Source: Octopus bimaculoides
Lineage: Eukaryota
DNA: 37,386 bases
Reading direction: 5' to 3'
NCBI RefSeq assembly: GCF_001194135.2
Contig: NC_068981.1
Coordinates: 198,550,804-198,588,189 of the forward strand
The notes under the pieces were generated by a model, which was not told the DNA's origin, made no database searches, and saw nothing but the letters and a program-made list of their open reading frames with translations. A program made the position numbers and the translations under genes. This document shows positions 21,961-33,169 of this stretch, in pieces; position 1 is the stretch's first letter; the number at the start of each line of letters is the position of its first letter.

Positions 21961-22162
21961 GGCACAAGGCTCAAAATTTTTGTGGGGAGGGGTTAATCAT
22001 TTCCATCGGCTCCTAGTCCTGAATTGGTATTTATTTTATCGACCCTGAAAGGATGAAAGGCAAAGTTGACCTTGGTGAGATTTGAACTCAGAATGTAAAG
22101 CTGGAAGAAATGTTGCTAAGCATTTTGTCTGGTGTGGTTATGACTTTGCCATCTTGCTCCCT
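21961..22162 (-). mobile_element. tRNA-derived SINE (head type B), degraded
   Basis: ttatcgaccctgaaaggatgaaaggcaaagttgacc...tttgaactcagaatg, homologous to 5611-5824. Confidence 0.75.
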
Positions 22163-22470
22163 AGTGGTGATGCATATAACGAGGAGGAGGAGGAGGAGAA
22201 GATAGAGACCCCTAATGTAAGGGACAGGACAAATTTCTAAAAAGCAACCTGCTAAAAGCTGGAGACCAGATCTATGACTGGAGCAAAGATGCCACCAGAT
22301 GTAAAGTCATATTGTGATGGAATAAGTTCTGTTGATGGAACCATAAAAGACTGGAAGAAAGGGAGAAGCAAAGAATACTGCGAAATGGTTAGAAAAGAAG
22401 CTTAATGTCAAGTTTACATGGAGAGAAAAAGAAGACCATTCCTGCATACTTGGCCAAGAATAAACCATTG

Positions 22471-22750
22471 TACAGTTCTTTATTTAAGAGATGAGGAATT
22501 ATGAATATTATTTACATTATTTACATTTGACGGATATTTGCCCTCATCTTGTTTGTTGTTAACACAACGTTTTGGCTGATATACCCTCCAGCCTTCATCA
22601 GGTGTCTTGGGGAAATTTCGAACCTGGGTTCTCATTCCTAAGATATTTTTCGATTTTATCATTATTATTATTATTCAGGTCACTGCCTGGAATCAAACTC
22701 AGAATCTTGGAGTTAGTAACCTGTGCTCTTAACTACTATGCCATATCCCT
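22471..22750 (-). mobile_element. Solo PLE terminal repeat: tRNA-like head + (AAT)n + hammerhead-like motif
   Basis: Closely homologous to 30890-31116 and to the inverted tip at 32024-32099; no flanking RT/EN sequence recognised. Confidence 0.85.
22562..22605 (-). ncRNA. Minimal type I hammerhead ribozyme, G12A variant (predicted inactive)
   Basis: Minus strand acac-CUGAUGA-a-ggcug[gaggguauau]cagcc-AAAA-CGU-U-gugu: stem I acac/gugu, stem II of 5 bp, palindromic ACGU in place of stem III; GAAA is mutated to AAAA. Confidence 0.7.
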
Positions 22751-23391
22751 CGATGACCACATAAGCCTTGTTGCAGGTGACCCAGTCGACAGCTGGGCAG
22801 GAGATGAGCAACATTTTGCCAATGAGGGATCGGAGGTAAATTTTTCCGATGGTTGTCATTTGACTTGTAGTTCTTTTTCCTTTTCTAGATGGGGACAAAG
22901 TTGGTACCTTTGAAGTCCTGGAGGATTTTCTCTTTGTTTTATATAGATTGGAAGGGATCAGTTAGCTTTACAAGACTGGGCATTGTGGCTACTTTGCATG
23001 CTTCAGCAGGAAAGGGCCAGGGATTTCGCTGTGACAATTTATCTTCATGCATTCTGGAAGTGTGGGTGAGATCTCCAGCTCATGGTTCACCTCTACCTGT
23101 GTCAGGCAGACAATAGCATTTTCCTTGGTTGAAGTTATACAGGCAGAAATGTAATACCCAGTAGCATTGGTGTATATGTGTAGCTCAGAGTACAGGGAGA
23201 CATATAAATTTCTCTGATCCTCCTACTGTACCCTTGATATACCCCCAGTTATTTCAGCCATGTTTTGTCATCGGGGTCAGGAAATGAAGATGTGAGACTG
23301 AGATGTTGCCCAGGGTGGCCCCCCCATCTTTCTTATACAAGTGAACACTAAACAGTGATGCTGGGGCAACAATGAAACAGCAACAAAAGTG

Positions 23392-23752
23392 GCTTGCTTA
23401 TCAACCACATGGTTCCAGGTTCAGTCTCACTGAGTGGCACCTTGGGCAAGTGTCTTCTACTATAGCCTCAGGCTGACCAAAGCCTTGTGAGTGGATCTGG
23501 TAGATGGAAACTGAAAGAAGCCCATNNNNNNNNNNTCTACTATAGCCTCAGGCTGACCAAAGCCTTGTGAGTGGATCTGGTAGATGGAAACTGAAAGAAG
23601 CCCATCGTATATATATATATATATATGTGTGTCCATGTTTGTCCCCCCCCCATCGCTTGACAACCGATGCTGGTGTTGATTTGCTCAACTAAACGCGGTG
23701 CTCCAGCATGGCCGCAGTCAAATGACTGAAACAAATAAAAGAATAAAAGAAT
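23392..23752 (+). mobile_element. SINE head type A + (TA)n + internally deleted tail type 1; spans a 10-N gap with duplicated flanks
   Basis: caaccacatggttccaggttcagtc...; tail catcgcttgacaaccgatgctggtgt joins directly to tgatttgctc. Confidence 0.8.
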
Positions 23753-23835
23753 ATCTTATAAATTTTAATGTGAAAAAAAGTGTTTTTAAATGTGACAATA
23801 TCAGTGTGTGTGTGTGTGTGTGTGTGTGAGACACC

Positions 23836-24291
23836 NNNNNNNNNNNNNNNNNNNNNNNNNNNNNNNNNNNNNNNNNNNNNNNNNNNNNNNNNNNNNNNNN
23901 NNNNNNNNNNNNNNNNNNNNNNNNNNNNNNNNNNNNNNNNNNNNNNNNNNNNNNNNNNNNNNNNNNNNNNNNNNNNNNNNNNNNNNNNNNNNNNNNNNNN
24001 NNNNNNNNNNNNNNNNNNNNNNNNNNNNNNNNNNNNNNNNNNNNNNNNNNNNNNNNNNNNNNNNNNNNNNNNNNNNNNNNNNNNNNNNNNNNNNNNNNNN
24101 NNNNNNNNNNNNNNNNNNNNNNNNNNNNNNNNNNNNNNNNNNNNNNNNNNNNNNNNNNNNNNNNNNNNNNNNNNNNNNNNNNNNNNNNNNNNNNNNNNNN
24201 NNNNNNNNNNNNNNNNNNNNNNNNNNNNNNNNNNNNNNNNNNNNNNNNNNNNNNNNNNNNNNNNNNNNNNNNNNNNNNNNNNNNNNNNNNN
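23836..24291. other. Assembly gap
   Basis: Run of N. Other gaps: 23526-23535, 25879-26628, 30642-30651, 33451-33615. Confidence 1.
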
Positions 24292-24321
24292 TTTCTCTCT
24301 CTCTCTTCCTCTCTCTCTCTT

Positions 24322-24352
<31 letters not shown>

Positions 24353-24460
24353 TTCTCTCTCTCTCTTCCTCTCTCTCTCTTTCTCTCCTCCCTTCAGTAT
24401 ATGTCTCCCTTTCTCTCTCTCTCTCTTTCTCTCTGTCTGTCTTTGTCTATCTCTTTCTAT
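24292..24460. repeat. (CT)n microsatellite
   Basis: Visible. Confidence 0.9.
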
Positions 24461-24469
24461 TCCCCTTCC

Positions 24470-25049
24470 CGTAATACGTTGCTTGGCAACGATTTAAATG
24501 GCCAATTGCTGCTACTAACGTCGGCTGCTACTAAATCTCTCTGAAACTATCGTATTTTACCATTTCTAAGAATCCTTCTGTTCCTCTCCCTGCTCTCCCC
24601 AACTCTCTCTTTCGTCCATTTTATCAATCACTAATCTCATATATCAGTCGAAGAGATCTTCGATCTCTCTCTATCAACAACAATCACGCTCTCATATCCT
24701 GTTTGTTTCGTTCTGCCGTTTCCTCATTCTAAATTCCCATACCTTCCTAAATTATTTTCTTTAAACCACAATTATTAATGTCACACCTGAATACAACCGG
24801 TTTTAAAAGAGAATACTTGCCACATAGAAAACGTGGCACATCTCTCTCATAAATAAACATTACAGCTGGCATTACCAGCGAAGAACACAAGAGATTGCTG
24901 TAGTGTCTTTTTTGATCGCTTCTTCTTCGATTGTTCCTTAAATTTCACGGAGTTCCACCAACGAACCAACGTCTCCAGTAAACGATTTAATAATTAACCT
25001 AGAAATTGCGTGTTGGTTTGTTGTTGTCTGTGTTTCGTACGATTGGAAG
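24470..25049 (+). promoter_or_regulatory. CpG-retaining, repeat-free putative promoter/5'UTR of the spliced gene
   Basis: CpG dinucleotides are visibly more frequent than in the flanks; lies directly upstream of a signal-peptide exon; contains X-box-like GTTGCTTGGCAAC at 24478-24490. Confidence 0.5.
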
Positions 25050-25200
25050 ATGTTTTTGGTGCTGCTGACAATTCTGGTGTTTGCTGGACACATAAATGGT
25101 GAAGAGGAGTTCTCATTCCGTCGTGTCACTTTGGTCTCCGATGCCGACAAATTCAAAGCAGCCGACGGATTTAAAATGATTTACCACATCGTTAATTCAG
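25050..25200 (+). CDS. Coding exon 1 of a secreted/ER thioredoxin-fold protein (TXNDC16/ERp90-like)
   Basis: aagATG start; MFLVLLTILVFAGHING-EEE looks like a signal peptide; donor CAG|GTATTC, phase 1 (151 nt). Confidence 0.65.
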
Positions 25201-25239
25201 GTATTCCACCTTTAATTGATTATAAAAATACACGCGCAT

Positions 25240-25309
<70 letters not shown>

Positions 25310-25310
25310 G
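25240..25310. repeat. (CA)n microsatellite; a (TACA)n run follows at about 25630-25690
   Basis: Visible. Confidence 0.9.
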
Positions 25311-25878
25311 CACGTACGCGCGCACATTTAACAATGTCGCAACTCCAACTTTGTCCGTTATATTCACAACAACCCGTTGTCCTGTTATAATTATTGTTGT
25401 TGCCATTTCATAACGTTTGCCTTTGCTTCTCCTTCCTACACTCTGTGTGTCAGTCTGTTTGTTTTGATTGATTAATTCTTTGAAGAACATAAATCTTCGG
25501 GCGGAAAATGTCGATAGTGACTTTGAAGTTTTCATTTACCAACCGTCAGCTAATTAAAGAAAACTTTCGCAATTTTTCCCTACACATACACACAAACACA
25601 CATATACACACATGTATGGATGGATGTACATACATACATACATACATACATACATACATACATACATACATACATACATACATACATACGGAGTTTTTCA
25701 AAAGCTCTCCTTCGAAGTCCCATTCTTCTAACGGGAAAAACGAAGAGCAGTTTTTCTCTTTTTTCCCGAAAACTTCATCTTTAGAAATATTTTTGTCTTC
25801 TTCCGTACGAACCATGGGACTAACATATCATGAGATAGTATTTTCATATTTCATAACTATATATACAGACGTACAATA

Positions 25879-26628
25879 NNNNNNNNNNNNNNNNNNNNNN
25901 NNNNNNNNNNNNNNNNNNNNNNNNNNNNNNNNNNNNNNNNNNNNNNNNNNNNNNNNNNNNNNNNNNNNNNNNNNNNNNNNNNNNNNNNNNNNNNNNNNNN
26001 NNNNNNNNNNNNNNNNNNNNNNNNNNNNNNNNNNNNNNNNNNNNNNNNNNNNNNNNNNNNNNNNNNNNNNNNNNNNNNNNNNNNNNNNNNNNNNNNNNNN
26101 NNNNNNNNNNNNNNNNNNNNNNNNNNNNNNNNNNNNNNNNNNNNNNNNNNNNNNNNNNNNNNNNNNNNNNNNNNNNNNNNNNNNNNNNNNNNNNNNNNNN
26201 NNNNNNNNNNNNNNNNNNNNNNNNNNNNNNNNNNNNNNNNNNNNNNNNNNNNNNNNNNNNNNNNNNNNNNNNNNNNNNNNNNNNNNNNNNNNNNNNNNNN
26301 NNNNNNNNNNNNNNNNNNNNNNNNNNNNNNNNNNNNNNNNNNNNNNNNNNNNNNNNNNNNNNNNNNNNNNNNNNNNNNNNNNNNNNNNNNNNNNNNNNNN
26401 NNNNNNNNNNNNNNNNNNNNNNNNNNNNNNNNNNNNNNNNNNNNNNNNNNNNNNNNNNNNNNNNNNNNNNNNNNNNNNNNNNNNNNNNNNNNNNNNNNNN
26501 NNNNNNNNNNNNNNNNNNNNNNNNNNNNNNNNNNNNNNNNNNNNNNNNNNNNNNNNNNNNNNNNNNNNNNNNNNNNNNNNNNNNNNNNNNNNNNNNNNNN
26601 NNNNNNNNNNNNNNNNNNNNNNNNNNNN
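25879..26628. other. Assembly gap
   Basis: 750 N. Confidence 1.
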
Positions 26629-26676
<48 letters not shown>

Positions 26677-26714
26677 CACACATATATATGTATATATATT
26701 TATGTATATATAAA

Positions 26715-27822
26715 CATCATCATTATTGTCATCATCATCCTTTAGTTCTCATTTTCCATGCTGGCATGGGTTGGATGGTTCCACTAGAGCTTGTAAGCTA
26801 AGGTGCTGCACCATGCTCCAGTCTCATTTGGTTTCTATTGCTAGATGCTCTTCCAAATGCTAACCACTTTACATTGTGTATTGGGTGCTTTTAATGTGAC
26901 GCCAGCATTGAGTGCTCCAACATCGAACTGGCACAGGATTCTTGCAGGCCACTCCTCTTCCCCAGGGGCAGCCTGAACACTTCTGCTGTGGAAGACAGGT
27001 CTTCTTGAGTACAATAAAGTGTCAGGTATTTCAGCCCTTTGTTATCTCATCCAAAAGGTTCAGCATCCTGAGGTCGTCCTTCGGTACTTCATTCCATTTC
27101 TTCCTGGGTCTCCCTTTTCCATGAGTTCTATCCATTTTGAGTGAACAGCACTTCTTTATGGACCTGTCCTCATCCATCCACATCACATGACCAAACTAGT
27201 GCAGTCTTCTCTCTTGCACACTGCATCTAGTTCCTCTTATGCCTAACTTCTCTCTCAGAACATTGGCACTCTGTCAAACATGTACACTTACATTGAACAT
27301 CCAGCAGAGTATATTAGCCTTATTCCTCTCTAGTCTTTACATGTCCTCTACATTCAGGGCCCATGTCTTGCTACCATGGAGCATTGCTATTCATATCCAT
27401 GCATCATACAATCTTCCTTTCACTCAGAGAGAAAGAGAGAGACCTTCGGTTGCCAACAGATCTCTGAATTTTCTCCTTCTTATTCTTATTCTAGCAATTA
27501 CATACATCATACACCCCCCACCCCCACTGGGTAGCAGAAATTATCCACAACCTCTAAAGAGCCTCTGGGGCATTTGTGGAAATTGATTTCCCAAAATATC
27601 TTTAGTTTTTAGGGGCTCCCATGCATCTTCCACACACAAACACTACCTTCCTTGATAACCTTCTTATTGTCCCATTGCTCCACTTGTGTGTCCATAGCTT
27701 ACACTGGGTACACCATATGGAATTCCTGCCTACACTTTTTCTACAAATCAAGCAGGGCTGATTACCTGAAGTGGAGAGGGTCCTGTCTGTTTTCTTGCTT
27801 ATGAAGACCTTAGTCTTCATAA
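26715..27822 (-). mobile_element. 5'-truncated, frameshifted RTE-clade LINE
   Basis: Minus strand [10 protein letters not shown]...PCLICRKSVGRNSIWCTQCKLWTHK, then remnants of the GHV and GRPRKKW motifs, 3'UTR and (GAT)n tail at about 26715-26740; its 3'UTR resembles the 555-996 copy. Confidence 0.88.
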
Positions 27823-27825
27823 GCA

Positions 27826-27855
27826 TATATGTATGTATACATATGTATTTATATA

Positions 27856-27927
<72 letters not shown>

Positions 27928-27975
27928 CATACACACACACACACATTTACATATATATATACACACACATACATA
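27826..27975. repeat. (TA)n/(CA)n microsatellite
   Basis: Visible. Confidence 0.9.
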
Positions 27976-28710
27976 CCCATCTGTAGATACTGAGAAAGTA
28001 AAAGAAGTGTTGGTTGACTGTTAACAGGGTTGTGTAGTGACCTCCCATACACGTTGTCACAATTGTGCGTGTGTGTGTGTGTGTGTTGTGTGTGTTGTGT
28101 GTGTTTTGTGTGTGTGTGTTTCTGGTCATATTGAATATGTGAGAAAACAAAACACACAGAAGACAAATATTTTCCCAGGGCCACCTTCTTTCGTCAAACA
28201 TGTCTGTTGTGTTGCTGTGTCTTTTTCTCTTTCGTGTCTCTTTGTAAACAACATCAAAGTTTCATTGAAAACAGGAGCATCAAAGCTGAAATTTAGGCAT
28301 CACAAACCTCAGCCAGAAATAAAGAACCACCTTCAGACATTTCTAGAATCATTTCTGTATGTTATACTTAGACTTGCTTCATTCTGTGGTTTCGGTCTGC
28401 TTTTAGTGTGACCAACAGACAGACCATGTTTCCAAACGCATAAACATATGTGTACCATTGTATACATGTCCATATGTAGTTGCATACCTATACATACCTT
28501 CACACATACATACTCTTACTCGTACACACACACATTACATATGCTCATTATGAATATACACCAATACACATGTTCTCATACCAAAGACACACAATCAGTC
28601 ACCTCAATGTCTGCAAAGACATCTCGACTAATTTATGCCAACACTCCTATGCAGCACCTCATTATGAACTGCTTTTAGTATTTATTTTGCCATTTTCTCA
28701 TAGGGTATAT

Positions 28711-28720
28711 TGATGATTAT

Positions 28721-28764
<44 letters not shown>

Positions 28765-28790
28765 TAATAATGATAATAGTAATGATAATT
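28711..28790. repeat. (TAA)n/(TGA)n microsatellite
   Basis: Visible. Confidence 0.9.
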
Positions 28791-29129
28791 ACTAGCACTT
28801 GTGCCGGTGGCACATTAGAAAATCATTTGAGTGAGGTTGTTGCCAGTGCCGCTGGACTGGCTCCTGTGCAGGTGGCACATAAAAAACACCATTTTGAGTG
28901 TGACTGTTGCCAGTACCGCCTGACTGGCCTTCGTGCCGGTGACACGTAAAAGCACCCACTATACTCTCAGAGTGGTTGGCGTTAGGAAGGGCATCCAGCT
29001 GTAGAAACTCTGCCAAATCAGATTGGATTCTTGTGTAGCCATCTGGCTTGCCAGTCCTCAGTCAAATCGTCCAACCCATGCCAGCATGGAAAGCAGACGT
29101 TAAACGATAATAATAATAATAATAATAAT
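28791..29129 (+). mobile_element. RTE 3'UTR element with (TAA)n tail
   Basis: Repeat units, gcatccagctgtagaaac core, then gcagacgttaaacgataataat. Confidence 0.85.
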
Positions 29130-29427
29130 GGTGCCATGTAAAAGTGCCCATGCTGGTACCATGTGAAAGCACTTGTGCAGGTGCCGCATAAAAGCATCCA
29201 TGTTGGTGCCACATTAAAAACACCCAATACAGTTTGTAAAGTGGCTGGCATGTTAGGAAGGGCATCCAGCTGTAGAAACCATGCCAAAACTGGACAAATG
29301 GAGTCCAGGCAGCTCTCCAGCCTTGCCAACTTCTGTCAAACTGTCCAACCCATGCCAGCATGGAGAACAGACATTAAAAGATGTTGATGATGTAAATGAT
29401 GATGATGATGATGATGATGAATGATGA
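29130..29427 (+). mobile_element. RTE 3'UTR element of the second subfamily with 25-bp internal repeats, head-to-tail with the previous copy
   Basis: gtgccatgtaaaagtgcccatgctg-type unit about 3.8 times, then the tail core and (GAT)n. Confidence 0.8.
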
Positions 29428-29451
29428 CACGAGTTTGGAAGCTGCTCATGA

Positions 29452-29755
29452 TGTCCAATGCTCTGCATCCTAAAAGTAATACCAATTGACTCTACTTCCA
29501 AAGGAAAGGAGGTGACTGAGGATTACTAAATGCAGACAACACCATTAATATTGTGTCATTGGGATTGAACATTTACGTTGTGCAGAGGGAAGAAAAGGCT
29601 ACCATTGGCAGCTGGAGATGTCCCAAAAGTGACTGAAACAATTGGAGAATTCAAAGAAAGATGTAAGAACAACAGAATGAACAAATGGAAAGAAATGGAA
29701 CTGAAGAAAATAAGAAATACAAGATGTTGTGGGACTTCAACATTTAGACTGACAC
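29452..29755 (+). mobile_element. R4/Dong-like (restriction-like endonuclease type) non-LTR retrotransposon fragment
   Basis: NALHPKSNTN*LYFQRKGGD*GLL (LHP...RLY..R..GGRGL motif) and KMLWDFNI*TD (LWDF.I.TD motif). Confidence 0.6.
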
Positions 29756-30508
29756 CATAACTGGTGCAGATGGTTTATTCCAGGTTTCAACCATTCTGAT
29801 TGTAACAAAATATTTCTGAAAGTGATGGGTGCAGTGCTGTTTATTGATTTTATAAGCATGTCTTTGAGTGGAAGCAGAATTGAATGAAGAAAGATGGTCG
29901 TAGCCAAGGTGGTGGATAATCGTGTGGGATTCCAGGCAGTGGGCTTCTAGACATTGAAGTTTAAATGTACCTCAGAGAAGCAATATATTCAAAACAGAGA
30001 AGAAAAACAGAAACATTTCTCTTGACTGAGAGACAGACATAATCACACTTTAGCCTTCAACGCCTGGTATAAAGCCATTTTGTTCTCACACCCACTCTCA
30101 CTCTCACCCAAAGGCTTTTCTCTTCTTTCTTTCTTTCTTTACTTTGTCTTGCAAGTTACTTGGTGAAGCAGGTGAGGTAGAGAGAGGGACGGTGATGTGA
30201 GAAGGTGAGAAGCCAAGGACAATCAGAAAGTTGGACAGGAAATATGATGAACAAGCTTTTCAAACGACTACAAGAAACTAAGACAGTTAAGTTGGTTGTT
30301 TAAAGTCTAGTGATGAGGAGAGAGGGTGGGTGGGTAGGAAAGCAGGTGAGTAGAATACATCAAACATTGCACAGAGATACAATTATGACAGATGAAAGGG
30401 TGGGGGTGGGGAGTAAGGTGAGGATAAAATTGCAGAAGTTTGTTGTCGGAAGGGACAACATGTGCAGAAGGCAGTCAAATCCATATGCATGAAAATACAC
30501 ATACACAA

Positions 30509-30521
30509 ATCTCTCTCTCTC

Positions 30522-30578
<57 letters not shown>

Positions 30579-30585
30579 CTCTGTC

Positions 30586-30635
<50 letters not shown>

Positions 30636-30651
30636 TCTCTCNNNNNNNNNN

Positions 30652-30705
<54 letters not shown>

Positions 30706-30730
30706 CATACATACATACATAAATATATAT
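30509..30730. repeat. (CT)n/(CTGT)n/(TA)n compound microsatellite with a 10-N gap
   Basis: Visible. Confidence 0.9.
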
Positions 30731-30734
30731 AAAT

Positions 30735-30885
30735 CAAAATTGCTGACGTGGCCGATGACAGTACCACCTGATTGGCACTTGTGGAATGTTAAAAGCGCAT
30801 CCAAGCGTGATCGTTGCCAGGGCCACAGATTGGCCCCTGTGCTGGTGGCATGTGAAAAGTACCATTCAAGTGTGATCATTGCTAG
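30735..30885 (+). mobile_element. Left half of an RTE 3'UTR element split by the Penelope insertion
   Basis: Repeat units continue at 32100-32444; attgctag occurs at both junctions. Confidence 0.75.
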
Positions 30886-30945
30886 AGTTCATTATTTACA
30901 TTATTTACAATTGACGGATATTTGTCCTCATCTTGTTTGTTGTTA

Positions 30946-30986
30946 ACACGTTTCTGCTGATATATCCTCCAGCCTTCATCAGGTGT
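30946..30986 (-). ncRNA. Minimal hammerhead ribozyme in the PLE terminal repeat, degenerate at the cleavage site
   Basis: Minus strand acac-CUGAUGA-a-ggcug[gaggauauau]cagca-GAAA-CGU-guu: core intact, 3 nt deleted after CGU relative to the 22562 copy, and one stem II mismatch. Confidence 0.7.
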
Positions 30987-31042
30987 TTTGGGGAAATTTC
31001 GAACTTGGGTTCTTCTTATTATTGTTATTGTTGTTGTTCTCC

Positions 31043-31116
31043 AGGTCACTCCTTGGAGTCAAACTCGGAATCTTGGGGTTAGTAGCCCATGCTCTTAACC
31101 ACTACACCATATGCCC
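31043..31116 (-). promoter_or_regulatory. tRNA-like head with Pol III A/B-box-like motifs inside the PLE terminal repeat
   Basis: TGGTGTAGTGGTT (A-box-like), ggg-CTACTAA-ccc anticodon-like loop and GAGTTTGACTCC (B-box-like with C>T); second copy at 22677-22750. Confidence 0.7.
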
Positions 31117-32099
31117 GTGGGCAATTATAGAGTGAATTTTAGGGCTTATAAATCTAATATTTCCCAATCCTTCCTTAAGATCGGTTCCCACATGCTCTTC
31201 ATATCTGCACTCTGTCTGCTTAGGAGGTTGTTGTGTCCTAGCATATGTGCTGCTTCTTTTAGTTTTCGTATTTTCCAGTGTTGTTCCCTGTCTATTATTT
31301 TAAATTCATCCCACAGGGGGAGGTGGTCTCCATTTTGCCATACATGATCAGCTATACCCGATTTATCAATATCTCCTCGTGCCACAGCGTTGTGATGTTC
31401 CTCTACCCTTATTTTGAGGGGGCGGCATGTTTCTCCTTTGTATAACCTACCACAACTGCATGGGATGAAGTACACGCAGTTCTTAGTCATATTCTCTTCT
31501 ATTGGTGGTTTTACTCAAAGGAGATATTTGTGAAGTGTTGTATTACTCTTGAATACTGTCCTGATGTCATATGGACCACATATCTTTTGTATCTTTTCGG
31601 AGAGGTCTTTCACATAGGGTGGACACACTGTGGACAGTTTTTTGGCTTCATTCTTTCTCTTTTTCATAATTGGAGTGGATAGTATACTTTTGGGGTAGTT
31701 GTTGTTGTGGTGTGCATCACAATCACTACTTATATTCTTTGCACGATGTTTTAGGCACTGAGCAATCCCTCTCTTTACACTGTATGGATGATAGGAATTG
31801 AAGTTGAAGTATCGTTCAGTAAAGGTCGACTTGCGGTATACGGATGTCCTGGATCCATACTTGGTGGGTGTTATTAATATGTCCAAGAATGCCAGCTGAT
31901 TGTCTTTTTCCTTTTCCATTGTGAACTGTATGGATGGCTTTATTGAGTTCACATGATCTAACAGCACTTGGACATCTTCCTGGTGAGGCCAGGGTGTAAA
32001 GGTGTCATCAACATATCGTAGCCATGAGGACAAATATCCATTGAATGTAAATAATGTAAATAATGCACATAATTCCTCATCTCTTAAATATCGAACTGT

Positions 32100-32444
32100 A
32101 TTGCTAGCATTGCTCTACCGGCACATGCGCCGGTGGTACGTGAAAAACAACATTTGAGCGTGGTCGTTTCTAGCACTGCCGGACTGGCTCATGTGCATGT
32201 AGCATGTAAAAAACACCTTTTGAGTGTGGTCATTGCCAGAACCGCCTGACTGACCCTCGTGCTGGTGGAATGTGGAAAGCACCCACTACACTCTCGGAGT
32301 GGTTGGTATTAGGAAGGGCATCCAGCTGTAGAAACTCTGCCAGATCAGATTGGAGCCTGGTGAGGCCTCCTTTCATGCCAGTCCCCAATCAAACTGCCCG
32401 AACCATGACAGCATGAAAAACGGATGTTAAACGATGATGATGAT
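32100..32444 (+). mobile_element. Right half of the RTE 3'UTR element, with (GAT)n tail
   Basis: Repeat units, ggaagggcatccagctgtagaaac, then acggatgttaaacgatgatgatgat. Confidence 0.85.
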
Positions 32445-32650
32445 ATATATATGTATTGTGGGGTTGTGTCTGTATTTGTCCTCCCGCCACCACCACTTGA
32501 TAACTTGTGTTGGTTTGTTTACGTTCACGTAACTTAGTGGTTCAGTAAAAAAGGTCAATAAAAAAAGAAGGAACTTGGTGTCTTAATTTGTTTGATTAAA
32601 AGTCTTCAAGGTGGTGCTCCAGTGTGGTCGCAGTTTGGTGACTGAAAAAG
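32445..32650 (+). mobile_element. Degraded SINE tail type 1
   Basis: acttgataacttgtgttggtttgtttacgt...aaggtggtgctccagtgtggtcgcagt...gactgaaa. Confidence 0.7.
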
Positions 32651-33169
32651 ATAACAGAACCCTTAAATTCCTTAGTAAAACTTTAAGCTAAGGGAGGTAA
32701 GTCTAGTTCATCTATCTCAGTAATACTATGGCTCTGGAACCTCTCATGGTTGCTTTACCTGCTAGAAATAGCAACCTAAATGATTGTAAATCAGATCCCA
32801 ATGCTAGATGTTCAAGAACCAAATGAAGGCCAGATTTTCAATCCTGAGATCATCCTGATTCCAAAAAGGGATACTATGTCTATGTAGAGCAAATATAGGT
32901 TGAGATATAGGGGTCACAGACAAACAGACAGAATTTCACTTTTATTAGTTTAGATGAAGGACGACCATTTATTTTATATGAAGGATGATCGCAATTAAAG
33001 TGTATTGCACAACAAGCATTGATTGGTTGAGTAGAGACATGGTTTAAATCAGAATAGAAGGATTAATGGAGAATCTTGCCTCTCACAATATAGAAACATT
33101 TCCCATGGCTTCAGCAGATAAAGTGGAAAAGGCATTGTCCTGGATAACAGGGAGGATGATGCACTGGAA

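Larger units (their letters stand above)
30886..32099 (-). mobile_element. Penelope-like element (Penelope/Poseidon type): 5'-truncated RT + GIY-YIG endonuclease + terminal repeat
   Basis: WLRYVDDTF, NSIKPSIQFTMEKE, FLD, VYRKSTFTERY..F.SYHP (PLE RT); in frame through one TGA (KYLL*VKPP) to VYFIPCSCGRLYKGETCRPLKIRVEEH (GIY-YIG); 8-bp direct repeat attgctag at 30878-30885 and 32100-32107. Confidence 0.93.

Noticed and set aside
25050-25200. Resemblance of exon 1 (IYHIVNSG) to TRAP-beta/SSR2 (QYNIYNVG)
   Set aside because: The similarity is weak, depends on reading into the intron, and exons 2-3 fit a thioredoxin-like protein instead.
23780-26713. Long ORFs of 229-401 aa
   Set aside because: Artefacts of reading through N gaps.
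32800-32957. Possible Helitron/HINE-like 3' end (acagacaaacagacag...ttttattagtttagat)
   Set aside because: Only a remembered resemblance; no second copy or diagnostic hairpin could be verified in the window.
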